Source: Actinomycetota bacterium
GTDB taxonomy: Bacteria; Actinomycetota; Thermoleophilia; Gaiellales; Gaiellaceae
Direction of reading: 5' to 3'
NCBI GenBank assembly: GCA_046732255.1
Contig: JBKPMR010000061.1
Location: 17,436-81,435 of the forward strand
Length of the DNA stretch: 64,000 nucleotides
Shown here piece by piece: positions 6,966 through 15,236 of the stretch (positions are counted from its first letter, which is position 1; every line of letters begins with the position of its first letter). Under the pieces are notes generated by a model, which was not told the origin of the DNA, searched no databases, and was given only the letters and a program-made list of their open reading frames with translations. The position numbers and the translations under genes are program-made.

Positions 6966-9536
6966 CTACGTCGAGATATGGAGCGCCAGGCTCGCCTGGT
7001 TGGCGATCCCGGCCAGGAGGCGCAGCTTGCGCTCGGGAAATCCGCCCGGGACGGCGGCGGCGACGCAGCCGATCCGGCCCGACGGGAGCACCACCGGCGC
7101 GACCGCGAGCGGATCCTCCCCCGCCGGGACCATGTCCATCGTGCCCGGCTGGAGCACGAACGGCTCGCCCGCTTCGAGCGCTCGGCGCGCGCCGGCGAAG
7201 TCGACCACGCTGCCGACCGGCACGATCGGCAGGGCGCCGTCCTCTCGCCACGCGGCCTCGATCGCAAACGAACCCGGCCGCCCGCGCTCGAGCCAGAGCC
7301 ACGTCCGCGGCGACCCGAGCATCTCGCCCGTCAGCTCGACGATCCGGCGGCGGAGATCGTCCGCGGTCGTCCCGGCGAGACGGCGCGAGAACTCGAGCAG
7401 CGCGCCCGTCACCTCGGCGCTCTCCTGCTCGGACTGGAGCAGCACCGTCTTCTGGAGCGCAACGGACGCCCGGTACGCGAGACCCTCGAGCAGGCGCAGA
7501 CGCTCGCCCGTGAAGTGCCCGAGGTCGCCCTCCGGCGCCCGCACTGTGACCCAACCGCGGATGCCGTAGCCGGCGCTCAGCGGCGCAATCGCCGCCGACG
7601 TGATCGCCGCGTCGCCCGCGTCCTCGCCGAGCAGTGCGCGAAACTCCTCGCCGCCGAGCGTGAACGGCGTCTTCCTGCCGTCGAGCAGGCGCGAGCCGGT
7701 CGCGCGGCTGGTGCGGAGGTCCGGAACGAGGGCTGCGCGCGGATCCTGCTCGTAGCCGTGCGAGGCCAGGCAGCGAAAGTTGGCCGCGTGCGCGTCCTCG
7801 ATCCAGAGGGACGCCTGCTCGACCTCCATCACACGACAGATGGTGCCGACAGTCTCGTCGCCGACGGCCTCCACGGAGCGCGCCTCGGAGAGAGCGTCGG
7901 CGAACTCGAGCCAGACGGTGGCGTTCTCCGCCTCCCGCCGTGCCGACGCGTACAGCCGCGCATTCTCGAGCGCGACCGACGCATGGCCGGCGACGACCTC
8001 GAGCAGGCGCAGGTCGTCCTCGTCGAACTGCTCGACGCCGAGCTTCGCCATCGTGATCGCGCCGATCACGCGCTGGCCGTGGCGCAGCGGCACCGACGCG
8101 AGCGACTCGTCGCCTTCCTCGTCGTTCAGCCGCTTGCAGATGTCCGACTCGAGGACGTTGGCGACGAGCATCGGCCTGCCGGTCTCGGCGACCAGGCCGG
8201 TGAGCCCCTCGCCGACCTTGAACTCGAGCCGCTCCGACCGCTCGGTCTCGAACTGCCCACGGACCGCGACGGGACGAAGGCGCTCGCCCTCGAGCAGGTA
8301 GACGACGCAGTTGTTGTAGTCGACGAGCACGCGCAGCTCGTCGACGATCGCCTCGCCGATCTCGGTCACGTCGTTCGACCGGTTCAGCTTCCGGGCGAGG
8401 CTCTGGAGCAGCTTCAGGTGAGCGATCGACCGGACGTCCCGTTCGCCGTCGGCGTCCTGCGGCCGCTCGGCGCCGAACTCGTCGAAGACGACGACCTGAT
8501 CCTTTCCCTGCGTCTTCGCGGTCATCATCGCCGCTTCGGCGCAGGCGAGCAGCTCGCGTGCGTTCATCGCGTGCTCCGGGCCGAGCGCCACGCCGATCGA
8601 GAGCGTCACCTGGCCGGCCGCGTCGGTCGCGACCTCGGCGAGGCTGGACTTCAGGCGCGCCGCCATCGCGACCGCGTCGGCTGCGCCGCACGCGGGCAGG
8701 ATCGCCGCGAACTCCTCGCCTCCCACCCGGCAGACCACGTCCGACCCCCGGACGGTCGCCCGCAGCACCGCCGCGATCGTCTGGAGCACCTCGTCGCCTT
8801 CGCCGTGGCCGCAGACGTCGTTGACGCGCTTGAAGTCGTCGATGTCGAGCATCATCAGCGCGAGCGAGTCGTGCGCCCGGCCGGCACGGCTGAGCTCGGC
8901 GCGCAGCCGCTCGTGGAAGTAGCGGTGGTTGTAGAGGCCGGTGAGCGAGTCCGTGTGGGCGAGATGCTCGAGCCGCGCGCGGATCTGGGCGTTGTCGAGC
9001 GCGAGCGCGGCGGCGTCCGCGAACCAGCGGGCGAGCTCGAACTCGTCGTCGTCGAACGACGCGTCCTCGCCGATGCGGTAGATGTTCAGCGCGCCCTTCA
9101 GCGAACCGCGCGCGATCAGCGGCACGGTGATCAGCGCCTCGGGATCGGGAGGCGTCCCCGGGACGAACTCCACCCGCGGGTCGAGGTGCGCCTCGTTTGC
9201 GAGCACCGGGCTGCGATGAGACACGGCCCAGCCGGTGATCCCCTGGCCGTAGGGGACCGTGCTCGCCAGGACCTCTTCCTCCCACGGCCCCTTCGCGAAG
9301 ACCGGCACCAGCTGTCGACGCTTCTCGTCCACCTCGTAGATGTGCAGGTCATGGTGGGGGACCAACTCGCCGAGGGTGTCGGCGATCCGGTCGAGGAGCG
9401 CCTCCGGCCGCTGCTCGGACAGCACCTCGTGGAACACCGCCGCGAGCCGCCGGTACGACTCGACGAGCGCCGCGTCGCGCGCAGCATCCGACCTCCCGGG
9501 CTCGGGATCGGGAACGAGCGCAGCGTTCACTGCCAC
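6966..9536 (-). CDS. diguanylate cyclase, GAF-GGDEF-GAF-GAF-GAF architecture
   Basis: 856 aa. N-terminal GAF, then DSLTGLYNHRYF...MLDIDDFKRVND..GH..GD......RVGGEEF (GGEEF active site). About 500 further aa contain GAF-like blocks (GEGLTGLVAETGRP..., ENARLY). Confidence 0.85.
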   Translation of the reverse strand: MAVNAALVPDPEPGRSDAARDAALVESYRRLAAVFHEVLSEQRPEALLDRIADTLGELVPHHDLHIYEVDEKRRQLVPVFAKGPWEEEVLASTVPYGQGITGWAVSHRSPVLANEAHLDPRVEFVPGTPPDPEALITVPLIARGSLKGALNIYRIGEDASFDDDEFELARWFADAAALALDNAQIRARLEHLAHTDSLTGLYNHRYFHERLRAELSRAGRAHDSLALMMLDIDDFKRVNDVCGHGEGDEVLQTIAAVLRATVRGSDVVCRVGGEEFAAILPACGAADAVAMAARLKSSLAEVATDAAGQVTLSIGVALGPEHAMNARELLACAEAAMMTAKTQGKDQVVVFDEFGAERPQDADGERDVRSIAHLKLLQSLARKLNRSNDVTEIGEAIVDELRVLVDYNNCVVYLLEGERLRPVAVRGQFETERSERLEFKVGEGLTGLVAETGRPMLVANVLESDICKRLNDEEGDESLASVPLRHGQRVIGAITMAKLGVEQFDEDDLRLLEVVAGHASVALENARLYASARREAENATVWLEFADALSEARSVEAVGDETVGTICRVMEVEQASLWIEDAHAANFRCLASHGYEQDPRAALVPDLRTSRATGSRLLDGRKTPFTLGGEEFRALLGEDAGDAAITSAAIAPLSAGYGIRGWVTVRAPEGDLGHFTGERLRLLEGLAYRASVALQKTVLLQSEQESAEVTGALLEFSRRLAGTTADDLRRRIVELTGEMLGSPRTWLWLERGRPGSFAIEAAWREDGALPIVPVGSVVDFAGARRALEAGEPFVLQPGTMDMVPAGEDPLAVAPVVLPSGRIGCVAAAVPGGFPERKLRLLAGIANQASLALHIST

Positions 9537-9615
9537 AGTGCTTTTGGTATCGGCATTTGGAACGTCCGCACGGCTCCCCGTTTGGGGGGATACCGCGGCG
9601 GCAGACCGCTTGGAT

Positions 9616-10341
9616 TCAGCGAAAGAGATCGTGGTCGGGCGGCATGACCAGCTCGGCGGCCGTCCCCGATCCGGCGACCTCGAGGCCGCGCACGACCGCG
9701 GCCGGGATCCGCGAGGTCTTGCCCATCACGAGCTCGGCCGCCGCCGCGATCTCGTCGGCGAGCGCGATCACGGTCGAGTGCAGCTCGTAGCCGGTCGGGT
9801 CGTAGACGCCGCGTAGGTCGCGGAGCACCTCGGTTCCGGCCGCGCCGATCGCGACGTTCGTGATCCCGAGCCGCCAGGAGCGGCCGAACGTGTCGGTGAC
9901 GATCACCCCGAGCGTGCGGCCGGTGAGCTCCTCCAGGGCAGCACGGAGCCGGGCGGCGGAGACGTCCGGATCCTCCGGCAGCAGGACGACGGTGTCGGGT
10001 GCCGGCGCGTTCGAGGCGTCGACCCCGGCCGAGGCGCAGACGAGGCCGTGCCTGGTCTCGGCGATCACGAGCGGGGGGCGGCTCCGGACGATCCGCACCG
10101 ACTCGCGCAGGACGACCTCCAGGCGGCGCGGGTCGCCGTCCTGCCCGGCGAGCCGCCGCGCCTCCTCCGAAGGCTCGACCTCGTCGAGGCGGACGACGCG
10201 CCCCTCCGCCTTCGAGACGACCTTCTGAGCGACGCAGACCACGTCACCGTCGCGCAGCTCCACCGCCGCCGCGATCAGCGACGCCAGGTCGTCGCCTTCG
10301 GCGATCTCCGGCAGCCCCTCGACCGGCAGCACCTGGATCAC
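9616..10341 (-). CDS. cofE: F420-0:gamma-glutamyl ligase, stand-alone single-domain
   Basis: Last 241 aa of ORF 9616..11352 (VIQVLPVEGLPEI..GDDL......DGDVVCVAQKVVSKAEGR...DTFGR.WR.G..NVAIG). The GTG start at 10341 overlaps the cofD TGA (GTGA). Confidence 0.9.
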   Translation of the reverse strand: MIQVLPVEGLPEIAEGDDLASLIAAAVELRDGDVVCVAQKVVSKAEGRVVRLDEVEPSEEARRLAGQDGDPRRLEVVLRESVRIVRSRPPLVIAETRHGLVCASAGVDASNAPAPDTVVLLPEDPDVSAARLRAALEELTGRTLGVIVTDTFGRSWRLGITNVAIGAAGTEVLRDLRGVYDPTGYELHSTVIALADEIAAAAELVMGKTSRIPAAVVRGLEVAGSGTAAELVMPPDHDLFR

Positions 10342-11270
10342 CGGCCCACCTCCAGCACGGCCTCGGCCAGGCGCCGCGCAGCACGCCGGTCCCGCATCAG
10401 CGTCCGGGTCACGTGCGGCCGGACACCGGCTGCCTCGACGGCTGCGGCGCCCGCCCGGTCGGCCTCGTCGACGACCAGCGCATCGAGCAGACCGGGGTAA
10501 CAGCCGGCGACGTGCGCGGGCGAGGTCCCGCCCGCGAGCCGACGCAGCATCCGGTCGGCGGGCCCCTTCACCGCCTTGCCGCCGATCAGCGGGCTCACAC
10601 CGACGACCGGCCGCGCCGTGGCCCGAACCGCCTCGCTGATTCCGCGGACGGCCAAGATCGGCCAGATGCTGATGTACGGATTGCTCGGCGCGATCACGAC
10701 CAGCGAGGTCCGCTCGATCGCCTCCACCACACCCGGCGCCGGAGTCGCGAACGCCGCCCCTTCGAAGCGGACGCCGTCGACCGCGTCGCGGCCGCGGCGC
10801 TGCACGAACCACTCCTGAAGCGACCGGGCGCCGCCCGGCGTCTCCAGGATCGTCCGCAGCCGATGGTCGGTCGCGGGAAGGACGCGGACGTCCACGCCGA
10901 ACGCCTTCGCAATCCGCGCCGTCACCGCCGACAGCGGCTCGCCTGCTCGCAGCGCCTTCGTCCGAACCAGGTGGAGACCGAGGTCGCGGTCGCCGAGCTG
11001 GAACCAGGTCTCCTCGTCGCCCAGCGCCTTCGCCGTCTCGAGCGCGTTCCAGGTCTCGCGGCGCCGTCCCCAGCCTCGTCGCGTGTCGTGAAGGTCGGCG
11101 AGCGCATAGACGATGCTGTCCAGATCGGGCGAGACGTGCAGGCCGAAGAACTCGTCGTCGTCGCCGACGTTGCCGATCACGGTCACGTTCCCAGGCCCGA
11201 CGACGTCTACGAGCCCGCGTACGAAGCGCGCGCCGCCGACGCCGCCCGAGAGAACGCACACGTTGTCCAT
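10338..11270 (-). CDS. cofD: 2-phospho-L-lactate transferase
   Basis: 310 aa, MDNVCVLSGGVGGARFVRGL...GNVGDD...SNPYISIWPIL, typical CofD/FbiA. Confidence 0.92.
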   Translation of the reverse strand: MDNVCVLSGGVGGARFVRGLVDVVGPGNVTVIGNVGDDDEFFGLHVSPDLDSIVYALADLHDTRRGWGRRRETWNALETAKALGDEETWFQLGDRDLGLHLVRTKALRAGEPLSAVTARIAKAFGVDVRVLPATDHRLRTILETPGGARSLQEWFVQRRGRDAVDGVRFEGAAFATPAPGVVEAIERTSLVVIAPSNPYISIWPILAVRGISEAVRATARPVVGVSPLIGGKAVKGPADRMLRRLAGGTSPAHVAGCYPGLLDALVVDEADRAGAAAVEAAGVRPHVTRTLMRDRRAARRLAEAVLEVGR

Positions 11271-11290
11271 CCCGCAGTGACACTACCGCC

Positions 11291-12937
11291 GTGCCGGAGC
11301 AGGAGCATCTGGACAACAAGGCGATTGCGGCGCGGCTCGACTCCTTCGCCACGCTGCTCGAGCTCGCCGGGGCGAACCCCTATTCGGCGCGCGCCTACCG
11401 CCGCGCTGCGGAGCTGATCCGCTCGACCGAGGCGCCTGTCGCCGAGCTGATCCGCGTCGGTCGCGTCCGCGAGCTGCGCGGAATCGGCTCGGGGATCGGG
11501 CGTCGTCTGGAAGAGCTGGTCGAGACGGGAGAGATCGCCGAGCTCGAAGAGCTCGAGCGGCAGGTCTCGCCGGACCTCGTCGGGCTCGGCCTCTACCTGG
11601 GGATCGGCGCCCGCCGCGCGGTCCAGATCGCCGAGACGCTCGGCATCCGCACGGCCGCCGAGCTGCGCGAGGCTGCCGCGGCCGGGCGCCTGCGCGAGGT
11701 GCCTGGGATCGGGCCCTCGACCGAGGCGAAGCTGCTCGCCGCCCTCGCCCGCGAGGAAGAACCACGCGCAGCGCGCGGGATGCTGCTCCACCGCGCGCGG
11801 CGACTGCTCGCCGAGATCGCCGAGCCGCTGGGCGGCATGCCGGCCGGCGACCCGCGCCGGTACCGAGACTCGAGCGAACGGCTCGCCGTCGTCGCCGCCG
11901 CAGACGACCCGGAGCCGGTGCTGGCCGCCTTCGAGGCGTTGCCGCAGATCGTGTCGGTGCTGGAACGGTCGGAGCGCCGCGCGTACGGCGTCACCGTCGA
12001 GGGAGCGCCCGTGGAGCTGGTCGTGGCAGCGCCGGCGAGCTTCGGCACCGAGCTCCTCCGGGCGACCGGCGCGCCGGAGTACGTCGCGGCGCTCGAGCCG
12101 CTCCCCGACGCGCCGGACGAGGACGGCGTCTACGGAGCGCTCGGGATCCCGTTCTGTCCGCCCGAGCTCCGGGAGGCGGCGTTCCGCGACGAGCCGCCGC
12201 CGCTCGTCGAGCTCGCGCAGATCCGCGGCGACCTGCACGCGCACACGACCTGGTCGGACGGCACGGCGACGGTCGAGGAGATGGCGCTTGCCGCAATGGC
12301 GCGCGGCTACGACTACATCGCGATCTGCGACCACACACCCGCGGTCGGCGCCGTGCGAGGGCTGACCGCCGACGACCTGCGCCGGCAGGCACTCGAGATC
12401 GCAGACGTGAACGAGGCGGTCGCCCCCTTCCGGGTGCTCCGTGGCACCGAGTGCGACATCCACCCGGACGGTCGGCTCGACTTGCAGGACTCGATCCTGG
12501 CCGAGCTCGACTGGGTGCAGGCGAGCGTGCACGGCGGTCAGCGCCTCCCGAAGCGCGAGCAGGTCAAGCGCGTCGAGGAGGCGCTCCGCAACCCCCACGT
12601 TCGCTGTCTCTCTCATCCGAAGGGCCGGTACATCAACCGACGCCCGGAAAACGAGCTCGACGTCGACCGCCTGATCGAGGTCGCGCTCGAGGAGGGAGTG
12701 GCGCTGGAGGTGAACGGCCTCCCCGACCGGCTCGACCTTCGTGACGTCTACGTACGGCAGGCGGTCGAGGCCGGCGTGACGATCGTCTGCTCGACGGACG
12801 CGCACTCCGTGCGCGGCCTCGGGAACATGGAGCTGGCGGTAGCGACCGCCAGGCGCGGCTGGGCGCCGCCTGCGGCCGTGCTCAACACCCGGCCGCTAGA
12901 TTCCGTCCTTCGTGGACGCGGATCGCTTCGCCGCTGA
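11291..12937 (+). CDS. family X DNA polymerase with C-terminal PHP domain (PolX)
   Basis: 548 aa. N-terminal helix-hairpin-helix repeats (GIGSGIGRRLEE, VPGIGPSTEAKL). C-terminal PHP motifs (GDLHAHTTWSDG, ICDHT, VHGG, LSHP, STDAH). Confidence 0.85.
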   Translation: MPEQEHLDNKAIAARLDSFATLLELAGANPYSARAYRRAAELIRSTEAPVAELIRVGRVRELRGIGSGIGRRLEELVETGEIAELEELERQVSPDLVGLGLYLGIGARRAVQIAETLGIRTAAELREAAAAGRLREVPGIGPSTEAKLLAALAREEEPRAARGMLLHRARRLLAEIAEPLGGMPAGDPRRYRDSSERLAVVAAADDPEPVLAAFEALPQIVSVLERSERRAYGVTVEGAPVELVVAAPASFGTELLRATGAPEYVAALEPLPDAPDEDGVYGALGIPFCPPELREAAFRDEPPPLVELAQIRGDLHAHTTWSDGTATVEEMALAAMARGYDYIAICDHTPAVGAVRGLTADDLRRQALEIADVNEAVAPFRVLRGTECDIHPDGRLDLQDSILAELDWVQASVHGGQRLPKREQVKRVEEALRNPHVRCLSHPKGRYINRRPENELDVDRLIEVALEEGVALEVNGLPDRLDLRDVYVRQAVEAGVTIVCSTDAHSVRGLGNMELAVATARRGWAPPAAVLNTRPLDSVLRGRGSLRR

Positions 12938-13583
12938 GCTGCCCGGGCTGTTCGACGATTTCCCCCGCTCCGAGATCCCGCGTGGCCGCAGGTTCGACGA
13001 CGTGATCGGCGGGATCCCCAACCTTGCGACCGAGAACGTCCTGGCGCTGCTCAACCTCGCGGCATCGCTGCTCGGGCCCGACGAGAGCTACGTCGAGGTC
13101 GGGTCGTTCTACGGCGCCAGTTTGATCGGTGCCATGCGGGGCCACACGGGCGACTTCGTCGCGATCGACCGGTTCTCGTTCGACGTGCCGGAAGTGCGCG
13201 GCCGGCCGCTCCCCAAAGCGAACCGGGCCGGGCTAGAGGAGAGCCTCGCGCGGTTCAGCGCCGACAGCGCGACGATCCTCGAGGGCGACGCCTTCGAGCT
13301 GATCGAGGGCGGCGCGCTCGGCGACCGGCAGGTCGGCGTGTACTACTGGGACGGCCCGCACGACTACGACGGCCAGCTGCGCGGGATGAGGGCGATCGAG
13401 CCGTGGCTGGCACCCGAGGCGCTGATCGTGGTCGACGACTACGACTGGGGCACGGTCGCACAGGCCACTCACGACTACGTCTCGACCGACCCGAGGGCCG
13501 AGCTGCTGGTGGAGATCGGCGGCGAGGCGGCCGACCAGGTCTGGTGGTGGGACGGCGTCGCCGTCGTGGCCAAGCGCAGCTAG
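12912..13583 (+). CDS. class I SAM-dependent methyltransferase (Methyltransf_24-like)
   Basis: 223 aa, YVEVGSFYGASL...VAIDRFS...WDGPHDYDGQ...LIVVDDYDW. GTG start overlaps the polX end by 26 nt. Confidence 0.6.
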   Translation: MDADRFAAELPGLFDDFPRSEIPRGRRFDDVIGGIPNLATENVLALLNLAASLLGPDESYVEVGSFYGASLIGAMRGHTGDFVAIDRFSFDVPEVRGRPLPKANRAGLEESLARFSADSATILEGDAFELIEGGALGDRQVGVYYWDGPHDYDGQLRGMRAIEPWLAPEALIVVDDYDWGTVAQATHDYVSTDPRAELLVEIGGEAADQVWWWDGVAVVAKRS

Positions 13584-13591
13584 ATGCGTCA

Positions 13592-13614
13592 GGGGGGAAC
13601 CGGCCGTTCCCCCC
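13592..13614. repeat. REP-like GC hairpin (GGGGAAC-N5-GTTCCCC family), probable bidirectional terminator
   Basis: GGGGGGAAC-CGGCC-GTTCCCCCC, perfect 9-bp stem, between convergent genes (stops at 13583 and 13653). Confidence 0.7.
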
Positions 13615-13652
13615 GCGCGAGCGAGCAATGCGGCCGGAGGCCGCGGCGAGCG

Positions 13653-13925
13653 TCAACGGCGACCTGGGCCTGACATCGTCCACTCCGTGAGGTCGAACCA
13701 GTGCGAGCCCTTCAGCGCGTCGACCACACGTGGATCGGTATGACGCTTGTAGAAGACGTGTCGCTCGACGTCGGCGCAGATCTCGACCTCGTCGAGATTG
13801 ATGTCCGGGATCTTCATCAGCGCCTCGGCCGGGAGCTGCGCCTCCCGTACGGTCAGGTGCTTGAACTGGAGGTCGGGCGCGAGCTCCATCAGCTCGGGCC
13901 AGTCGGGGCAGCTCTGGTAGCTCAT
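13653..13925 (-). CDS. hypothetical small acidic protein (90 aa) translationally coupled to wzt
   Basis: MSYQSCPDWPELMELAPDLQFKHL.... Its ATG (13925) overlaps the wzt TGA (ATGA). Third-codon positions are overwhelmingly G/C, as in neighbouring genes. Confidence 0.6.
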   Translation of the reverse strand: MSYQSCPDWPELMELAPDLQFKHLTVREAQLPAEALMKIPDINLDEVEICADVERHVFYKRHTDPRVVDALKGSHWFDLTEWTMSGPGRR

Positions 13926-15145
13926 CGCCCTGTTACTTCGGCAGTGGCGCCGATCTCCTGCAACGACCACGTGCCGTCGAGCAGCACCGGGCCGCGTGCA
14001 CCCTCCCCCGGGTAGACGACGAACCGGACTCCGTCGTCGAGCCAGTGGTAGAGCCGGCGGCCGCTCTGGTCGCCGAGCTCGAAGCGCAGGCGGAATCGGC
14101 CGTCGGCGAGGGGCGGCCGCTCGACGTCGAACCGGAGCAGGCGTTCGCCCGGCACCTCCTCCCAGCCGAGCTCGGCTGTATCGAGCGCTGCGGCGGCGAG
14201 CAACAGCCCCGCCTCGTCTCTGAGCTCGATCGAGACCCGGGGCGGCGCCAGAGCTTCGCGCGCGGCGATCCGGAGCTCGACCGTGAGGGGCTCGCCGGCG
14301 GCGAGCTGCTGCCGCTCCTCGCCGTCGGGCCCGAGCAGGCGGGCGGCGGCGATCCGGGCTTCGCCGCTCCCGTACTCGCGCAGGCCGGCCGCGCCCTCGG
14401 CCGGGTCGCGCTCGTCGGCGAGCAGCTTGTGGTAGCGGGCGATCGCCTCCTGCGCCGAGCCGTCGAGCTCGACGCGTCCGTTCCGCAGGAGCAGCGCGCG
14501 CTGGCACAGGCGCTCCACCGAGGCGGCGTCGTGCGAGACGAAGACGATCGTCCCGCCGCGCTGCTTGTACTCGAAGATCTTCGCGAAGCACTTGCGCTGG
14601 AACTCCTCGTCCCCGACCGCGAAGACCTCGTCCAGCAACAGGATGTCCGCGTCGATGTGGGCCGCGACCGCGAAACCGAGGCGCATGTACATGCCCGACG
14701 AGTAGGTGCGCACCGGGTTGTCGATGAACCGTTCCAGCTCGGCGAAGGAGACGATCTCGTCGAACCGCTCGTCGATTGTCCTTCGCTTGAGGCCGTACAG
14801 CGAGCCGTTCAGGTAGACGTTCTCGCGCCCGGAGAAGTCGGGATGGAACCCGGCGCCGAGCTCGAGCAGCGACGCGACCCGCCCACCCGCAGCGACGCGG
14901 CCCGACGTGGGCGTGATGATCCCCGCGATCAGGCTGAGCAGGGTCGTCTTCCCCGAGCCGTTGCGGCCGACGAGGCCGACCGCGTCGCCCGGCTCGACTG
15001 CCAGCGAGACGTCTCGGAGCGCCCAGACCTCCGCCGCAGAAGGCCTGCCGCGGCGCAGCACGAGCTCCTTCAGCGTCCGCACCGGCTCCGGGTTGACCAG
15101 GAAGCGCCGGCTCGCTCGCTCGGCGCTGATCTCACCGGGTTTCAT
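13922..15145 (-). CDS. wzt: polysaccharide-export ABC transporter ATP-binding protein with C-terminal glycan-binding domain
   Basis: 407 aa. Walker A GRNGSGKTTLLS, signature YSSGMYMRLGFA, Walker B LLLDEVFAVGDE. Has a ~150-aa beta-rich C-terminal extension like the Wzt C-domain. Confidence 0.9.
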   Translation of the reverse strand: MKPGEISAERASRRFLVNPEPVRTLKELVLRRGRPSAAEVWALRDVSLAVEPGDAVGLVGRNGSGKTTLLSLIAGIITPTSGRVAAGGRVASLLELGAGFHPDFSGRENVYLNGSLYGLKRRTIDERFDEIVSFAELERFIDNPVRTYSSGMYMRLGFAVAAHIDADILLLDEVFAVGDEEFQRKCFAKIFEYKQRGGTIVFVSHDAASVERLCQRALLLRNGRVELDGSAQEAIARYHKLLADERDPAEGAAGLREYGSGEARIAAARLLGPDGEERQQLAAGEPLTVELRIAAREALAPPRVSIELRDEAGLLLAAAALDTAELGWEEVPGERLLRFDVERPPLADGRFRLRFELGDQSGRRLYHWLDDGVRFVVYPGEGARGPVLLDGTWSLQEIGATAEVTGR

Positions 15146-15169
15146 GGGCCAGATCCTGGCCCATGAAAC
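15139..15169 (-). promoter_or_regulatory. perfect 14-bp inverted repeat sequestering the wzt SD and start codon
   Basis: GTTTCATGGGCCAG-ATC-CTGGCCCATGAAAC. In the minus-strand mRNA the 3' arm contains the wzt AUG (15145-15143), and the AGGA SD sits at the stem top. Confidence 0.6.
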
Positions 15170-15184
15170 GGGGGAGGGGTCCGA

Positions 15185-15204
15185 GGGGAACCGGGAGGTT
15201 CCCC
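15185..15204. repeat. REP-like GC hairpin (same family)
   Basis: GGGGAACC-GGGA-GGTTCCCC, 8-bp stem, preceded by GGGGAGGGGTCCGA. Lies between the hemH stop and the wzt start. Confidence 0.65.
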
Positions 15205-15236
15205 TGTTAACGTCGGCCTCTGGAAGAAGGGGGCTC

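Noticed and set aside
6393-9647. 1084-aa plus-strand ORF and 943-aa minus-strand ORF overlapping the GGDEF gene
   Set aside because: No domain motifs and extreme Arg/Pro/Gly content. The 6966..9536 frame has the GAF and GGEEF motifs.
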